From: Takakia lepidozioides
Lineage: Eukaryota; Plantae; Bryophyta
Reading direction: 5' to 3'
Assembly: GCA_030704615.1 (NCBI GenBank)
Contig: CM060731.1
Span: forward strand, 29,264,001-29,328,000
DNA: 64,000 bases
Under the pieces are notes generated by a model that saw only the letters and a list, made by a program, of their open reading frames with translations, ran no database searches and had not been told where the DNA came from. Below, piece by piece: positions 12,452 to 23,543 of this stretch; the stretch's first letter is position 1, and every line of letters starts with the position of its first letter. The translations under genes were made by a program, and so were the position numbers.

Positions 12452-13674
12452 ACGACCATCACATTTAATGACTCAGAAACTGTGGACCAAATCATTTATC
12501 AAATAAGTACTAGATCATACCAACTCGGGATCTCAACTCCGGTTGGGCTGGATCTCTAACATGCAGACGACCCTCGTTGTCTTACAATAGACAACGAGTT
12601 ACAGTCCATAAAACTAAAAAAATCCAAGGTGGTCATCACTTACACACTTAGAGCGTGCAAACTAATAAACGAAAAAAAAACCAAATCATAACTTTCAAAA
12701 ATTCAAAAAAAAAAAACAAAGATCAAATGTACATACGGACTCAACAAACCTAGTAGAATGTCCGTAACAATGTTGTAATTGCCCTCTAGGTATAAAATCC
12801 TGGAGACAGGAAAACATTGAATGACAATGTTGCAATATAGACTACTCCACTTTTATCTTTTAAGTATGAACTGTTATTCTTAAAATTATAGTAGATTTCA
12901 CACTTAGAATTTATAATTAAACCAGGCTTGGACAGTTTGAACTTAAACTTAATTGTGGTGCAAATTATCCCAACAACACACAAACTGCTAGACCTTGGAA
13001 TAATTCTGTTGAGCAGGATTATGCCCACACGATGGAAATTATGCGATAGCTTTAATGTAAGTCCAATTCTCAGTTCACAGACGCACGATGACTCTAAACC
13101 CAAATACATTAATATTTTCCTTGGCAACCATGTTTACAAAGGCTGCATAGCTACCAAGTTACTGACTTATGCAGTGGAATGTGTTGTGTTACCTACTTGA
13201 TCTCCGTTAGTAAGCTCGCCCCAATACACTCCCAAAGCCTCCTTCTCTGAGCTTATTGTCGTAGTTGAAGTTTTTTGTGGCTGTGTGTAGCTTTGTCTAT
13301 GAAAATATGTGCCATGTGCTGCTTATCTTCCTTTCGGCTAGCCTACACACAAGACCACATGTGCATAGTTCCATGTTCACTTAGTGAAAAGTAAGAGGTT
13401 TCAGGTTAGAAGATTGTGGCAGAGATCAGACTTAAGAGTTTTAATAAATCACTACATGATCCTTTTTGGAGAGGGACTGATACTGCACTAAACATGAAAA
13501 AGATCAAGCAATTATGTGCACATCCACTCCCAATCATTGCCCGTTGCTCTACTTGTGCTATGGAAGGAAATCAACACATGATCCTGTTGACATATAGCAG
13601 GGAAGTTTAAGGGAACTTTGAGATGTATTAGGTGTGTTTGAATGGCAAGGTTTATTCAACTTAAAGTTCTGATT

Positions 13675-16195
13675 CATGCAGGATGGCAGGGTTGAATCAG
13701 GCACAGTTTTTTGACCTCCGCCATGACCACTGCTCAGAAGACCAAGAAAGGGAGTCCACAAAAACTCTTCTGGCGTTTGGGGGAATGTGGGCACACTATG
13801 CAGAGCAGGACAACTAAAAGAGGCACTGCATATATTGAACCAAGAAGGAAGTTCGGCATACTCCAATACTTACGTTTGTCTCTTGCAGGAGTGCATGAAG
13901 ATCAAGGGCCTAGCAGAGGGGAAGCAGGTGCATGCCCATATTACACAAAGTGGATTCAAGCCAAATATATGTCTACTCAACACACTCGTTAACATGTATG
14001 CCAAGTGCAGCAGTATGGTGGATGCACGCCGAGTGTTTGACAAAATGCCTGAACGGGATGTGTTTACTTGGACTATAATGGTGGCAGCATATTCCACGCA
14101 TGGGGTTGGGAGGGAGGCCTTAGAGATCTACGAGCAAATGATACAAGAAGGAGTGACACCCAACAAGGTCACATTCACTTGTTCTCAATGGCTGTGCCAG
14201 ACTGGTAGCCCTAGAAAAGGGCAAAGAGGTCCATGGTGACATTGTCGACGCTGGAATTGCAACAGATGTTATTTTGGAGACTGCCCTTGTTAACATGTAT
14301 GCCAAGTGTGGGGGTGTAAGCAATGCACGTCAAGTCTTTGACAGGATGGCTGAACGAATGTGGTCTCATGGAACGCAATGACTGCTGCAGCATATGCTCA
14401 GCATGGGTGTGGTAGGGAGGCTTTCGAGACCTACGAGCAGATGATACGGGAAGGGGTGACTCCGGATGGGGTCACATTCATTTGCATTCTCAATGCATGT
14501 GCCAGCCTAGCAGCCTTGGAAAAGGGAATAAAGATTCATGGTAATATCATTAAAGCTGGAATAGTGCCTGATATCATACTGGAGACTGCCTTTGTTAACA
14601 TGTATGCAAAGTGTGGTAGCATAAAGGATACACGTCGAGCCTTTGACAGGATGGCTGAACGAAATGAAGTCTCATGGAATGCGATGTGTGCAGGATACGT
14701 CCATCATGGGTGTGGTAGGGAGGCTTTAGAGACTTATAGACAATTGATACAGGAAGGTGTGACGCCTGACAGGGTCACTTTCATTTGTGCTCTGAAGGCA
14801 TGTGGCTGCTTGAGAGCGCTGGAAAAGGGCATAGAGGTCCATGGTGACATCATTAAAGCTGGAAACGCATCAGATATTATCCTTGAGAATACCCTTATAG
14901 ACATGTATGCCAAATGTGGGAGCATTAAGGATGCGCGGCAGGTGTTCGACGATATGGCTAAGCGAGATTTGGTTTCATGGAATGCAATGAGCGCAGGATA
15001 TGCTCAACATGGGTGTGGTAGGGAGGCTTTCGAAATCTATGAGCAGATGATCTTGGAAGGGGTGCTGCCCAACAGGATTTCATTCATTTGCGTTCTCAAG
15101 GCATGTGCTAGCCTGGCAGCCCTGGAAAAGGGCAAAGAGGTCCAAGCTAACATCATCAAAGCTAGAATGGTACCACATATAATTCTGGAGACTGCCCTCA
15201 CTGACATGTATGCCAAATGCGGGAGCATGAAGGATGCACGACAAATGTTTGACAGTATGGCTCAACGAAATTTGGTGTCATGGAATGTGATGATCGCAGG
15301 ATATGCTCAGCATGGGTGTGGTATAGAAGCCCTGCAACTTTTTCAAAAAATGCAAGAGGAAGGCTTGAAGCCAGATGGTATCACCTTTATATGTCTTCTC
15401 TCCGCATGTTGCCACATGGGTCTAGTGGATGAAGGCTGTCACTACTTTGATTCTATGAGTCAAGATCATGGCCTCACTCCTACACTGGAGCATTTTGGCT
15501 GCATGGTGGACCTTCTTGGCCGTGGAGGGCGATTGGACAAGGCAGAGCACTTGATTGACATAATGCCCATTCAACCACATGCTCCAGTCTGGGGGGCCCT
15601 ACTTGGTGCCTGCAGAATTCATGGGAATGTAGAGGTGGCAGAACGAGCGGCAAAATGCCTTCTCAAGTTTCATCCACAGGACATTGCAACTTATGTGCTA
15701 TTGTCAAACATCTATGCTGCAGCTAGCAGGTGGGACGACACTGCAAAGGTTAGGAAAATGATGAAGGACATAGGTGTTAGACAGCAGCCAGGTCACTGTT
15801 ACATAGAGATTGACAACCACCAGAATACATTCATTGTAGATGGCAAATCACACCCACAAGTTAAGGAAATCCATGCTGAGCTGAAAACACTGTCTGAGCG
15901 GATGAAGGAGGTGGGGTATGTGCCTGATACGCGCTTTGTATTGCATAATGTGGAGGAGGACCAAAAGGAGTTCTGTCTTGGCCACCACATTGAGAAACTG
16001 GCCATTGCTTTTGGGCTAATTAGCACTGCACCTGGGGTACCTGTCCGCATCATCAAGAATCTCCGAGTGTGTGGCGACTGCCACACGGCCACCAAGTTTA
16101 TCTCGAAGATTGTTGGGCGAGCAATTATTGTACGGGATGCCAACCGCTTTCACCACTTTGAAGATGGGGTTTGCTCTTGTGGAGATTACTGGTGA
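13675..16195 (+). pseudogene. PLS-class PPR-DYW RNA-editing factor, copy 1 (frameshifted 5' half; intact 611-codon 3' ORF 14360-16195)
   Basis: Five L-S-P cycles, E1/E2, PG box (QQPGHCYIE), HHIEKLAIAFGL, NLRVCGDCH, CSCGDYW. Relative to copy 2 there is a 2-bp deletion at ~14182 and a 1-bp deletion at ~14357, with a TGA at 14237. Confidence 0.9.
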
Positions 16196-18191
16196 AACCA
16201 TGATGAGAAAATGTGCATCAGTTCAACTGGGAGGACGTGAAGGTCATAATTTGTTCTTGTTTTTTGAAAACGAAGAGCAAAGTCGAAAGAAAAAACTTGT
16301 GAGTTGGAGACCTCTGCTCCGATATGGTGTGTTACTATTTCAGCAAAAATTTGACCGAACTGATTAAAAAACAAGGTTTCATATACATCAAGAAGTACAG
16401 TAAAATTGTGAAGTACTAGGATAGAATTGTGTGCTACACTTTCTTGCTGGAACCAATTGTACAGAGAGATTAGGGGGAAGTCTCAGTCCAAAAAGCATAG
16501 TGTACATCAATAAGAAAGAAAATTACAGACTCAGTCAAAGGGGGAGGGAGACAGAGAAAGCATGTAGGAGTTGAGAAAAGTACCTCAAGGCCGCACAGTG
16601 CTTCATAAACAGTCACTGCCTGCAACCAGTCCTCAACCAGTCATATGCTAATCAGCAGCTTAAGTAAACTCCCTTCCTCTCCGACTCTGTCTTTATGAAC
16701 CCTGAGCAGCTTTGAGTTGTTCTTTGGATAGTATGGAGCTTATACTGTTTGCTTATGTGGCTCTACTTTGTTAGCCTACTTGTGTCTCTTGGTCTCCTCC
16801 GATGTAACATATCTCTTTCTTTCTGTCACCTCTCTCAGACGATAGCAAGAGTGTAAGATTCGTCGCCACCATATTGTAGTTGCACATCATTTACACATTG
16901 GTAGAGAAAATATCACTGATAGGTTCCTTCTATTGAGGCTAAATGTGGCATTTGAAGCAACAAGGCAAGCCCGAAATTAGTCAGGTAATGAACTAGCGAG
17001 CCCAAAATCAGCATTCAAATCTTAAAAATGTCCAGTACGAGATAAAGACCAAATCTTTCGATAAATCTTCTCAATGGAACAGATAAACTTCACCACCTAG
17101 CTCCACTTTGGCTTCCTTGAGCCAAGGCGTTTCATAGAACACACCGACATAACAAAACCACTCAACGTATATAAAACCAATACACTGACATTTCTAACCA
17201 GTCAGAAACACGCATGCAGACAGAAGTCTTAAATATGACTGTCCATTTGGGCTCTGCAGTAAATCATCTTTGCAGCCTAGTGGAGCTGCAAGGAATCCCT
17301 GGGAAATCAGTCAAAAGCAATTGTGGTGAATTCTTAAATCAACACCTATCAGCTGATTACATTAGTTCAGTGGGTGATGAGGCATATGTAGCAAAGTGAA
17401 CTATGATCATGCTTAAGGGAAGAGTAAGGATCAGAAAGAAATGCTGCACTTTTGGGTCGATTGGCCTTATCTAAAATTTCAACGACTTTAGGACAATGCC
17501 GCAGAAGTACAAATAACTGAATTGAAAAAAACTACAATGAACTGCCTGATCTCAAATACGCAAAATTAAGTACCACAAAACATTTCAGTTCAACTGGGAT
17601 TTGGTATTAAACAGACGAAGAGATCAATATGACGGCTAGTAAGGACTAATTGAAACAACAGTTGAATTCAAACACACTCCAACACACACTTGAAAGTTGT
17701 TGATAATGCATATAGGTGTTTCAAGCGGTATGCTCATCAATAAAAAAGCAATGGCTACCTTTTCACAGTGGTGTCTAAGAGAGATATCATTTTGTTGTTG
17801 TCCACATCATGTGATACAAAGCGACTGTCAGACATGAACTGGTCTCGTTCCGCATCAATAATCTGTTCACGCTTACAATTTGCTCACGCTTGGGGGAATC
17901 TGCTCACGGGTTCTGCTCACGCCTTTGCTGCCCTCGCGTCAACTTCCTACAATCCTGAAGCTCACACCTTCACACTTGCGTGCCGGTTTGTATATCTCTC
18001 ATCCTTCACCAAAACAGTGTACATGAGGTCAAAAGAATCAGGATGTATGTGTGTTTAAGTGTTCAATTCTAGAAATAAGGGCTGGGCAAATTTCTATGTC
18101 ATCATAAATATACTTCTAGACTGTGACTCATGTAATGATGATGTATTAGAGTGTAATTTGAAATTGTCCCGATCTAAAAGTGAAGGAACAA

Positions 18192-20057
18192 GTGGGCCTA
18201 TTGCCGTGGACACAAACTCCACTGCAACGGCGCAATCTTCTCTCTATCGAACCGAGGCCAGACAAATTCCATGACGACAATGTGGCACGAATGTGCGATG
18301 AAAAACTATCGGATGAATGTATCTATGATGAACGTAAAAGGGAATGGATGAACATTGGATGAACGTTGGATGAGTGTCGGATGAAAAATTGCCCAGATGA
18401 GTGAACCATGGATGACTGCAACAACATGTGTACATGGATCCATGGGTTGTTGAGTTTAAATAAGTGTATTTTAATTTGGCGGAAGCTTAATTCTAGCCCA
18501 GAAGACCAGCCAGATCAAGCTGGCGTCAACGCCACCTTCATCTGGCACATTCAGAGGGGAAAAAACAAAAAATAATAAAAATACTATTTTTTGTTTTTTG
18601 TGTTTTGGAAAACTTGCAAATGAACCCAACCCCTGCTTTGCAAGCAAAAGACCTGGCGTTTACCCAGCATGGATTTCTGGTCACCTGGAAGAAGGACATG
18701 ACATTGAATCATGCAATTTGTAGATGCCATTCACCCCAAATAGCACTCCAGAAGACTAGCCAGATTAAGGTGTCGTTGATGGCAGCTTAATCTGGCACAT
18801 TCGGGGAAAAAAATAATAATAATAATAATAATAATATTTTATTATTATTTATTGAAAACTTGCAAATGTACCCAGCCCTTGCTTTGCAACAAAAGACTTG
18901 ACATTTACCCAGCATGGATTTTTGGTCACCTGGAAGAAGGACATGACAACGAATCATAAGCCGAGTAATTTGTAGATGCCATTCACCCCAAATAGCACAC
19001 CAAAAGACCAGCTAGATTAAGGTGTCGTTGACGACACCTTAATCTGGCACATTCGGGGAAAATAATAATAATAATAATAATAATAATTTATTATTCATTT
19101 TTTGAAAACTTGCAAATGAACTCAGCCCTGGCTTTGCAACAAAAGATCTGGCATTTACCCAGCATGGATTTTTGGTCACCTGGAAGAAGGACATGACAAC
19201 GAATCGTAAGCCGAGTAATTTGTAGATGCCATTCACCCCAAATAGCACACCAAAAGACCAGCTAGATTAAGGCGACACCTTAATCTGGCACATTCGGGGA
19301 AAAAAAAAAGATAAAAAATAAATAAATACATATTATTATTATTATTTTGGAAAACTTGCAAATGAACCCAACCCCTGCTTTGCAATCAAAAGAGTTGGCA
19401 TTTACCCAACATGGATTTCTGGTCACATGTAAGAATGACATGACAACATCATAAGTTATATAGTCCGAGCAATTTGTAGATGTCATTTACCCCAAATAGC
19501 ACACCCAAAGACCAGCTTAATCTGGCACATTCGGGAAAAAATAAAATAAAACAAAATTATATATATATATATATATTGGAAAACTTGCAAATGAACCCAA
19601 CCCCTGCTTTGCAAGCAAAAGACCGTTTACCCAGCATGGATTTCTGGTCACATAGAAGAAGGACATGACAATGAATCATAAGTTATATGGTCCGAGCAAT
19701 TTGTAGATGCCATTCACCCCAAATAACACACCAAAAGACCAGCCATATTAAGGTGTCGTTGACGACACCTTAATCTGCACATTTGGGAAAAAATAAAAAA
19801 TAAAATAAAATAAAAAATAAAAAATGGAAAACTTGCAAATGAACCCAACCCCTGCTTTGCAAGCAAAAGACCTAGCATTTACCCAACATGGATTTCTAGT
19901 CACATGGAAGAATGACATGACAACGAATCATAAGTTATGTGGTCCGAGCAATTTGTAGATGTCATTCACTCCAAATAACACACCAGAAGACTAGCCAGAT
20001 TAAGGTAGATTAAGGTGTCATCAACGACACCTTAATCTGGCATATTTGGGAAAAAAT

Positions 20058-20088
<31 letters not shown>

Positions 20089-20865
20089 CTTGCAAATGAA
20101 CCCAACCCTTGCTTTGCAAGCAAAAGACCTGACGTTTACCCATCATGGATTTTTGGTCACATGAAAGAAGGACATGACAACAAATCATAAGTATAATTAG
20201 CTTTCAAATAACTTTCTCTCTTCGCTGAATATCTGTGGAGTCTAGCTTCTCTTCCATCACTCATGTCCCATGTCTTTCATATCTTTCCGAACAATTTGTA
20301 GATCATTATCTTTCCGAACAATTTGTAGATGCCATTCACCCCAAGACGTTACAGATGTCATGTTATGCGGAGGCTGCAGCTTGCAAATTTAGTCTCCTCT
20401 CTTCTCTCTCTCCTGTGCTTTACGTTAGAGAGGATTTTGTGCAGAGCAAGGCTAGTGTCTTTATAGACAGTTCTTCCTTCATTTTGGACTCCGACTCCAA
20501 TAGTAGTGGATATTCTTCGTTAGAATGAATCGGCTGTTTTCAAACGATTTAAAGCACTACAAGTTTAAAGCACCAAATGGCCTCTCCACCTTCTTTGCAA
20601 TTGGGTGTCAGCATCTCTCTCGACTTAGGATATCTGGTGAAAGGACAACCACAACCCTCTGCAGTTGGCAGAGGCACTATGGAGCTCGGGGGATTTGACA
20701 ACCACTACTCAAAAATGCTTTTTAATTTTGCATTCAACCACAAACTACATTCGTCCATGTGTCATTCGTCCAACATACATTCATCGCCCATTCATCCGTC
20801 ATTCATCCATAACGATGAATTGGTATGCATGTTATACTGGACACTACCCGCAGTAATAGGTCCTC
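18192..20865. mobile_element. Non-autonomous TIR-like element (possibly PIF/Harbinger-like) with subterminal GGATGAA motifs and an internal tandem array
   Basis: Left end gtgggcctattgccgtgg versus reverse-complemented right end gaggacctattactgcgg (13/18 identical). Flanks are caa and taa. GGATGAA-like cluster at ~18296-18418 and inverted TTC(A/G)TCC cluster at ~20748-20810. Confidence 0.5.
18497..20190. repeat. Tandem array of seven ~250-bp units built around a 36-bp palindrome (partly deleted in two units) and a variable A/T tract
   Basis: Palindrome or its remnant at ~18510, 18760, 19012, 19262, 19515, 19743 and 20005. Conserved block gaaaacttgcaaatgaacccaacccctgctttgcaagcaaaagacc...cacctggaagaaggacatgaca...tttgtagatgccattcaccccaaatagcac. 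Confidence 0.95.
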
Positions 20866-22574
20866 TAAGCCGAATAGGTGTCCGCGGTTATAGGTGAGCA
20901 CATCCAGAAACGTGAGCAGAATTTTGCTCACGGAATTTTCTGCTTACGGATTTATTGACAAATTAGAACCAAGGGACATTACCTAACTTATAAGATCTAA
21001 TCCAGTTACATGTGCTAGATATGGTTTAGCAATCCCCAGTTGACGCAGTCAAAAATGGAGTTCCAGCTTGTGAATACCTGTCATATAATTCATATTAACA
21101 TCCAAAAAGCTCCCGATTCCTGACGGGCTTGACAGATAACATAATCAGCGGGACCTTGCATGATTGACATAGCCTGATGCTAGTTTCCAGATAATAAAGG
21201 GTGAGTGGGTGAAATGGTGCTCATGGAAGCCCCCATCATCCGCTGGTATTATCTAGCAGATTTAGGTTGAGTGGGAGTAGATGAAAATGCATCCTAAGTA
21301 GATGGTGGTATCAATGAGTATGCTCTAGCAAGCAGATTTGTGATGCAGAAACCCTGCATAATGCAGCAGTGACCTGACACCTTTTTCACACCTCTTTCCT
21401 CCCTCAATTTTGGAATCTTGAAAACATAGCAAGAATGTTCGATTGCTTCCTCGTACAGCTCAAAGGCCTTCATGTCATACCCATGCTTAGCAATTTTGAT
21501 ATAATTACATCATGTGTTTTTATATGTGGTTCAGAAATTGTATTAAAAAACTTCTCGTGCATCCACCACCACCTTCCATTTTCCAGTCTAATTTCCACTT
21601 AAGGTCGAATATTGTGAGAAGCTGACTATACCCTGCTTAGGAAATGGATGGCTGAACTTTTGGTACTCGCTCTTGTTCGAGTCGATCAACAAACCTGCTG
21701 GCCGGAGAAAAAAGAAGAAACAAAGATGGAGAAGAGAAGTAAAGGGCAAGCAGGTAGACGTAACCTAGGTCGCCGTAACCAGATCGGCGATTTTCCTGTA
21801 TCTAGTCAGGTGACATGTCACACATGCACGTGAATTATACATTCATCCAAACGCCTCATTGTTCTCGAATCAGTATGAGCTCTATGAATCTCGAGCACCT
21901 CTCAGTTTGTGTGGACTCTTTGAATCGTTTTGGTTTTTATAGATAGAAAGCCACCATGAAGGTTCAACAAAGTAAATTTATACCATTGGTGCGTAAAAAA
22001 ATTTCGCCACACATTCCCATCTGGTCCTGGGTCGATGGGTCCACCTACAAACAACATCCAAGAGACGCAACTCGGGAGCAAATCTGAATTTTATACAACC
22101 AGCCATACACATATGCTTCCGCCATTTTTGCAATGCCATTCTATACATGCTATATGGAGGATAAACCTCGAATAAGACAGTGTGACAAAGGAAAGGCCGA
22201 TTCACAATTGATGTCCACTAAAATGAGTCGTACTTGTTAGCAAAGAGCTAATACTTCCAGCACTGTAAACTCAATGTAAACAATGACGTCTTTCGCGCCC
22301 TCATATAGTCCCATGAATACTAGGCGAACACAAAGCAAAAATAGTAGAAGCATATGAACAAAAGAGGTTGTGGCTTGAATCGATGGACTCCGACATTGCC
22401 ACGAGAGTCCACGGAGTCATGCTACGGGATTCTTTACAACCGTGCGAGTCTTTGGTTCCAAACAGTCAAACAACAAACAACAACGAGAGAGACGATAGAG
22501 GGAAGACGATAGAGGAGGAAACAGAAAAAAGAGCAAAGGGGTCTCACGAGATCGGCGACTGCCATGGCATGCCC

Positions 22575-23286
22575 TAAATCCGGACGGTTTGGATAAAACC
22601 AGATTTGGACAGGTAGATGTGCACCACGTCTGCGGGGGTTCTGCTGTGCGGGTTGGCGGTGGTCTGCCGGACGACATGCATCACCAGCGGGCAGACTCAG
22701 AGGGCAGACCCAGCGGACAAACCACCCGAGGCAAGTCGGCTGGACCGACCCGCGGGCGGGGCCGCCCGCGGAGTGGCATGGCTGCGGGTTGTTGCGGGCT
22801 GCCGACCGCGCTGCATGGCTGGGAGGTGGGCGGTTTGGGGCGGAGGGGGCGGGCAGGGTGACCCCACGTCCGTGCGTCCTTGCGCGCCCTGGCCCACACG
22901 TGAGATATAAACTCCCAATTATTCAAAAAATGAGAGGCTTTGAATGACACTAAAAATAATATTGTGATCGCCAATATTTTTAAAAAAGCCCAATTTACAT
23001 TTACTTCCGCGTGCACAAAAGACAAATGAAGGGCCAATCATTATTCCAGGAAAGTCCACTTTGCTATTTTTCACGAATTTCCAGGGACCAAAAGTACTTG
23101 AAATTCCATATCTCCCACAGCGCAGATCCAAAAATTATGAGACCAAGTCATTGCACCCCTACTCATCCAGGGCTTTCCAACGTTACCAAGCACCAGTGCT
23201 GGCAACGCGGTTTGGGAGATCTCAACGCTACAAAACAGACAAATCAAATCAAACTAACTAACTAACTAACGTGCTTCATATATTGA
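22575..23286 (-). mobile_element. Putative non-autonomous repeat (possible Helitron 5' end) with a GC-rich core
   Basis: The minus strand starts A|TCaatatatgaagc followed by (GTTA)4 and (TTTGA)n microsatellites, resembling non-autonomous Helitron 5' ends. Very GC-rich patch at 22700-22900. No CTRR or hairpin 3' end found. Confidence 0.3.
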
Positions 23287-23543
23287 TCATTGTTTTCATT
23301 TTGCTATTCTATTATATTCCCGGAAGAAATGGGAACTCAGTTCTCTGAATAGGGAACTGAGAACAACGGGATGAAGTAAAAGCCCTAGTTTTTTGTTCTG
23401 TGAGCGACTGCCTCGCCGAGTGTGAATGTGAGAGGGACGATGTGGTGTGTTTGTGCGTGAAGATATTGCTCTTGCGAAGGATTTTTCACTCGGAAGAGCA
23501 GAAGAAAGCTCGGTGCGAATTCGTGCCAGACAGGCTGCTCACA

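Larger units (their letters stand above)
3130..12790 (-). mobile_element. Degenerate rolling-circle transposon of Helentron (Helitron2-type) class; termini approximate
   Basis: Abrupt AT-rich block with co-oriented minus-strand ORF fragments for RPA-like OB fold, OTU, Myb-like repeats, HUH Rep, PIF1 helicase and EEP endonuclease. Many stops and frameshifts. Exact ends not found. Confidence 0.88.

Noticed and set aside
12786-13200. ORFs at the 5' edge of the rolling-circle element
   Set aside because: No recognisable motifs; cannot be assigned to the element or to a host gene.
14168-14344. GT-AG intron that might splice out the frameshifted part of PPR copy 1
   Set aside because: Splicing would give aag|gat ggc tga, an immediate stop, and the region is clearly PPR-coding by comparison with copy 2.
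18497-20190. CRISPR-like array (palindromic 36-bp repeat at regular spacing)
   Set aside because: The sequences between palindromes are homologous to one another rather than unique spacers, the period is ~250 bp, the context is eukaryotic and no cas genes are present.
21860-22300. Possible transposase remnant
   Set aside because: All frames are interrupted and I found no diagnostic motif.
22589-22918. Overlapping ORFs in the GC-rich patch
   Set aside because: Expected by chance from high GC; low-complexity translations with no recognisable motifs.
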